Assembly (NCBI GenBank): GCA_005878615.1 | Contig: VBLT01000105.1 | Location: 3,414 to 67,413, forward strand | Length of the DNA: 64,000 bases | From: Methanobacteriota archaeon | Lineage (GTDB): Archaea; Thermoplasmatota; Thermoplasmata; RBG-16-68-12 | Direction: 5' to 3' | Shown: in pieces, positions 60,362 to 64,000 of the stretch | Position numbering within the stretch: the first letter of the stretch is position 1 | Layout: each line of letters begins with the position of its first letter | Translations under genes and position numbers: made by a program | Notes under the pieces: model-generated | Told to the model about the DNA's origin: nothing | What the model saw: the letters and a program-made list of their open reading frames with translations, nothing else | The model's database searches: none

Positions 60362-61732
60362 TCAGGCCCGGCCCGCGAGGTACTCGATCACGTCGATGCG
60401 GGTGATGATCCCCTCGAGTCGGTTCTCCTTGCCGACGATGACGGCGGGATTGCCGCGCATCAAGAGTTTGTAGACCTGCTCGAGATCGGCGCCGGGTTCG
60501 ACGAGCGGGAACGGCTTCTCCATGACCTTCGCGACGTAGTCGTCGTACATCTTCGGATGCTCGAGCAAGGCTTTCATCAGAATCTCTTCGCGCAAGCTCC
60601 CGACGAGGATCCCCGTGTCCAGGACCGGGAGCTGGGACACGTTGTATTGGCGCATCATGTCGACCGCTTCCCGCACTCGGGCCGCGACGTCGATCGTGAC
60701 GACCCCGGGAATCGTCCGCTCCTTCGCCCTCAGGATTGTCATGAGAGGCGCGACGGGTTCCTCCAGGTACCCTTGCTCCTTCAGCCACTCCTCGTTGTGC
60801 GCCTTGGAGAGGTAGCGTTCCCCCGTGTCCGGAAGCAGGACGACCAGGACGTCCTTCGGGCCCAACGTCTCCGCAATCCGGCGCGCGGCCACCACGGCGG
60901 CCCCGCTCGAACTCCCGGCGAGGATTCCCTCCTCCCGGGCAAGGCGCCGAGTCATCAGATAGGCCTCCTTGTCCGCGACCTTGACGACGTCGTCAATGTA
61001 CTGGAACCAGGTCGATTCCGGGATGAAGTCCTCCCCGATCCCTTCGATCTTGTACGTGTGAGCTTTTATCATCTCCTTCTTATAGAAATAGTCCTTCAGG
61101 ATCGAGCCGAGGGGGTCCACGCCGATGATCCGAACCTTCGGGTTCTGCTCCTTCAGGTAGCTGCCGACCCCGCTGATCGTCCCGCCGGTCCCCATCCCGC
61201 AGACGAAATGGGTGATGGTGCCGTCCGTGTCTCGCCAGATCTCCGGGCCGGTCGTCTCGTAGTGGGCCCGCGGATTGGCCTGGTTGGCGTACTGGTTCGG
61301 CAGGATCGAGTTCGGCGTCTCACGGTGAATCCGTTCAGCGACTCGGTAGTAGGAGTCCGGATGGTCCGGCGGCACGGCGGTCGGCGTGACGACCACGCGC
61401 GCGCCGAAGGCCTTCAGCAGGTCGATTTTCTCGCGGCTCATCTTGTCGGGCATCGTGAACACGGCGCGATACCCCTTGATCGCGGCCACCATCGCGAGCC
61501 CGAGCCCCGTGTTCCCGCTCGTCGGCTCGATGATCGTCCCACCGGGCTTCAGCGTCCCCTTCGCCTCGGCATCCTCGATCATCTTCTCACCAATCCGGTC
61601 CTTGACGCTCCCGCCAGGGTTCATCATCTCGAGTTTGGCGAGGACGAGGCCCTTGACGCCGCCCATGACCTTCGGCAGCTGGACGAGCGGCGTATTCCCG
61701 ATCGTCTCGAGGATGTTCGAGTAGTAGCGCAT
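60362..61732 (-). CDS. Cystathionine beta-synthase with C-terminal CBS pair
   Basis: IGNTPLV, NPGGSVKDRI, EPTSGNTG, GMGTGGT, IEGIG, PDTGERYLSK, CBS domains. Confidence 0.93.
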   Translation of the reverse strand: MRYYSNILETIGNTPLVQLPKVMGGVKGLVLAKLEMMNPGGSVKDRIGEKMIEDAEAKGTLKPGGTIIEPTSGNTGLGLAMVAAIKGYRAVFTMPDKMSREKIDLLKAFGARVVVTPTAVPPDHPDSYYRVAERIHRETPNSILPNQYANQANPRAHYETTGPEIWRDTDGTITHFVCGMGTGGTISGVGSYLKEQNPKVRIIGVDPLGSILKDYFYKKEMIKAHTYKIEGIGEDFIPESTWFQYIDDVVKVADKEAYLMTRRLAREEGILAGSSSGAAVVAARRIAETLGPKDVLVVLLPDTGERYLSKAHNEEWLKEQGYLEEPVAPLMTILRAKERTIPGVVTIDVAARVREAVDMMRQYNVSQLPVLDTGILVGSLREEILMKALLEHPKMYDDYVAKVMEKPFPLVEPGADLEQVYKLLMRGNPAVIVGKENRLEGIITRIDVIEYLAGRA

Positions 61733-61845
61733 GGCCACCGTGGAGCATGCAAGACGGTTAACGTTATAAGAAGGTGCGCGCCCGGTTCGTTCACGTTGGT
61801 CGGCGACGCCTCGCGTCCACGGGATCCGGGAGGCAAACCGGGACG

Positions 61846-61918
61846 TGCCGGGGGAGGGAGTCGAACCCCCAGGAAACCGATCTGCAGTCGGTCACATTAG
61901 CCGCTCTGTCACCCCGGC
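61846..61918 (-). tRNA. tRNA-Cys(GCA)
   Basis: Minus strand GCCGGGG...ACCGA-CTGCAGA-TCGGT...GGGGGTTCGACTCCCTC-CCCCGGC-A. Confidence 0.93.
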
Positions 61919-62141
61919 GCAGCTCGCGCATCCGAGGAAACCGTATTGAAGCTTTGGAGCGGCGCTCCCCGTCTCGCGGCGATGCGTTCCGGAGACCATG
62001 CCAAGTCCGACGCGAGGCAACGCCTCGCCGCACGCGCAGGTTTCACTTCCTCCCCAACCGGTTTGAACGTTGTTTCAAAACGTATTAAGCAAGACCCGCC
62101 GTTGGCTCATTTTACCACTCGCTCAAGGGGGAGGCATATGA

Positions 62142-64000
62142 TTGGACACTGAACCGCAGGCGGAAGGCTCGCCCTCCGGTTCCGGCGCCTCGCCGGCGTC
62201 GCGGGCCCTTCGATCCCGTTGGGGAAAGGTCGCCGCGGTCGCGGTCGTCGCCATCGCAGTGGCCGCCGCGTCGGCCTACGTGCTTCGAGCATCGAATCAG
62301 GCACCGGCGATCACCCAAGCAACCGTGAGTTCGGAGTTTGCGACGACTGGTCAGAGCCTGACCTTCACCGGACAGGCTGCGGATCCCGATGGGGACCCGC
62401 TCCGGTACACCTGGAACTTCGGCGACAATTCAACCGCGGTCGGCGCGGTCGCGACCCATGCCTACTCGATCCCGGGGCGGTACGTCGGCCTCCTCACGGT
62501 GACGGACGGCCGGGGCGGCGAAGCGACGAACGACGGGAAGCTCCTCTTCGTCCAGGCCCAGCTTCCCCCGTCGGAGATCGCCTCGCCCTCCAGGCCGCCG
62601 AATGGTTCGTGCGCGGCGGACTGCATCCTCGGTCCAGGGGCCGCGATCCTGACGGCGAATCAAACGACCGTGGTCACCGGGACCCCCGTCCGGTTCAACG
62701 GGAACGCCTCCTGGGCCTACGGTTGGAATTGGAACAACGTTTCGAATCGATCCGAAGGAGGTTCCTCGGTCGTGATCCCCGCCGCGGACGACGGATCCCT
62801 CTTCACGACGTTCACCTATGGCTGGGGGGACGGTACGCCGGAGGGCGGGGGAAGTTCGGAGACGGTCGGGACCACAAGCCACGTCTTCACCTCTCCCGGG
62901 AATTTTTTCGTCCGCTTGACGCTGACGCTGCCCACCGTCTCCGGCGTGGGGACCTTGGCCGCCGGATACACCATCCGCGTGACGCCGACGGCTTCCGCAG
63001 CGGTCCTGAAACATCCGGGAGTCTTCACGACGGCGACATTCGGAGAACCGGATTCCCTCGATCCCGCGGCGGACATCGAGACCGCTGGCGTCGAGATCCT
63101 CCAGAATGTGTACGAGACGCTCGTTTGGTATGAACCGGGCGTCGAGAACGTCACCGTCCTCGTCCCGCGTCTCGCGATGGAGGTGCCGACCGCCGCGAAC
63201 GGGGGCATCTCCCCGGATGGGAAGAACTACACCTTCACGATTCGGCCGGACGTCAAATTCCACAGCGGCAACGTCCTCTCGTCGGACGACGTCGTCTACT
63301 CGCTCCGTCGGGTCCTCGCCATGCACGACCCGAATGGACCCTCGTGGATCCTGGAACAGACCCTCACGAACTACGTCTCGAAATACCTGGGCCCCTGCGG
63401 ACCCGCGGCGAACCGGACCTGTTCGCTCGCGGACTATGCGGACACCGCGTTCCCGTCCCGGGCGGCGATCCCGACGAACATTCGGGCCGTCCTGGAGAGC
63501 GCCGCCCAAGGGGCGAACTGGTCCGCGAGGCCGCTGAATCGATCCGTCGCGTGGGCCGTGAGCAATTCCACGGTGGAGAAGGTCGGGACGGACCAGGTCC
63601 GGATTCACCTCAGCCGACCGTATCCGGCGTTCCTCCAGTCGATCGCCTTCACCGTCGGCTCCATCGTCGAGAAGGCCTGTGCCGCGACCTGGGACGATTG
63701 GGGGGCCCGCAATCCGATGCTGGACCGCCGCCGCGATTGCGGCACCGGCCCGTATCGGCTCACCGGATGGGTGCCGAACCAAGCGATCGTCCTGAGCCGC
63801 TTCGACGGATACTGGGGAACGCCCGCGGCCCTCGACGGGGTGCGCATCGAGAAGGCGAACGATGTCACCGCCCGAGAGTTCCTCCTGCTCTCCGGAGACG
63901 CGGACACCGCGGTCATCAACCGCGATCATCAGTTCGACGTGGTGAATCCGGACGGCACGCCGCGGTACCCATGGCTCCGGATCCCGGGCTCCCGACCCTC
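62142..64000 (+). CDS. Membrane-anchored PKD-domain + peptide ABC substrate-binding (family 5) protein, 3' truncated
   Basis: TTG start after GGAGG; N-terminal TM; DPDGDPLRYTWNFGD and YGWGDG PKD motifs; EPDSLDPA, YETLV, ISPDGKNYTFTIR..VKFHSG, GTGPYRL. Absent from the ORF track, apparently because it runs off the window. Confidence 0.85.
   Translation, partial: MDTEPQAEGSPSGSGASPASRALRSRWGKVAAVAVVAIAVAAASAYVLRASNQAPAITQATVSSEFATTGQSLTFTGQAADPDGDPLRYTWNFGDNSTAVGAVATHAYSIPGRYVGLLTVTDGRGGEATNDGKLLFVQAQLPPSEIASPSRPPNGSCAADCILGPGAAILTANQTTVVTGTPVRFNGNASWAYGWNWNNVSNRSEGGSSVVIPAADDGSLFTTFTYGWGDGTPEGGGSSETVGTTSHVFTSPGNFFVRLTLTLPTVSGVGTLAAGYTIRVTPTASAAVLKHPGVFTTATFGEPDSLDPAADIETAGVEILQNVYETLVWYEPGVENVTVLVPRLAMEVPTAANGGISPDGKNYTFTIRPDVKFHSGNVLSSDDVVYSLRRVLAMHDPNGPSWILEQTLTNYVSKYLGPCGPAANRTCSLADYADTAFPSRAAIPTNIRAVLESAAQGANWSARPLNRSVAWAVSNSTVEKVGTDQVRIHLSRPYPAFLQSIAFTVGSIVEKACAATWDDWGARNPMLDRRRDCGTGPYRLTGWVPNQAIVLSRFDGYWGTPAALDGVRIEKANDVTAREFLLLSGDADTAVINRDHQFDVVNPDGTPRYPWLRIPGSRP

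Overview
GC-rich archaeal chromosome segment, most consistent with Thermoplasmatota. Archaeal informational genes (aIF5A, aIF1A, Nop5, Csl4, Rio1, Dim2-like KH protein, RtcB, pantoate kinase) occur together with DNA gyrase; the taxonomy is inferred from gene content only. About 60 tightly packed CDS, mostly housekeeping, and three intron-less tRNAs (Val-TAC, Val-CAC, Cys-GCA). No CRISPR array, rRNA, integrase or transposase was recognised. Main items for follow-up: (1) an accessory-looking six-gene operon at 36.4-44.7 kb with two GT-B glycosyltransferases, three tandem APH/choline-kinase-fold proteins whose catalytic motif degrades progressively (the third looks like a pseudokinase) and an ABC exporter; (2) a translationally coupled V4R + roadblock pair, plus a Ras/Rab-like GTPase fused to a winged helix; (3) a tRNA-Cys with an A73 discriminator close to a CysRS with atypical motifs; (4) a probable CTG start for ppdK; (5) a THUMP-less ThiI coupled to an E1-like enzyme; (6) an SHMT-like enzyme lacking folate-binding elements; (7) a CDIN1/C15orf41-like nuclease heading the aIF1A-rio1-dim2 cluster; (8) a possibly structured 190-nt intergenic RNA upstream of rtcB. 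All calls come from reading motifs by eye; no database search was run.
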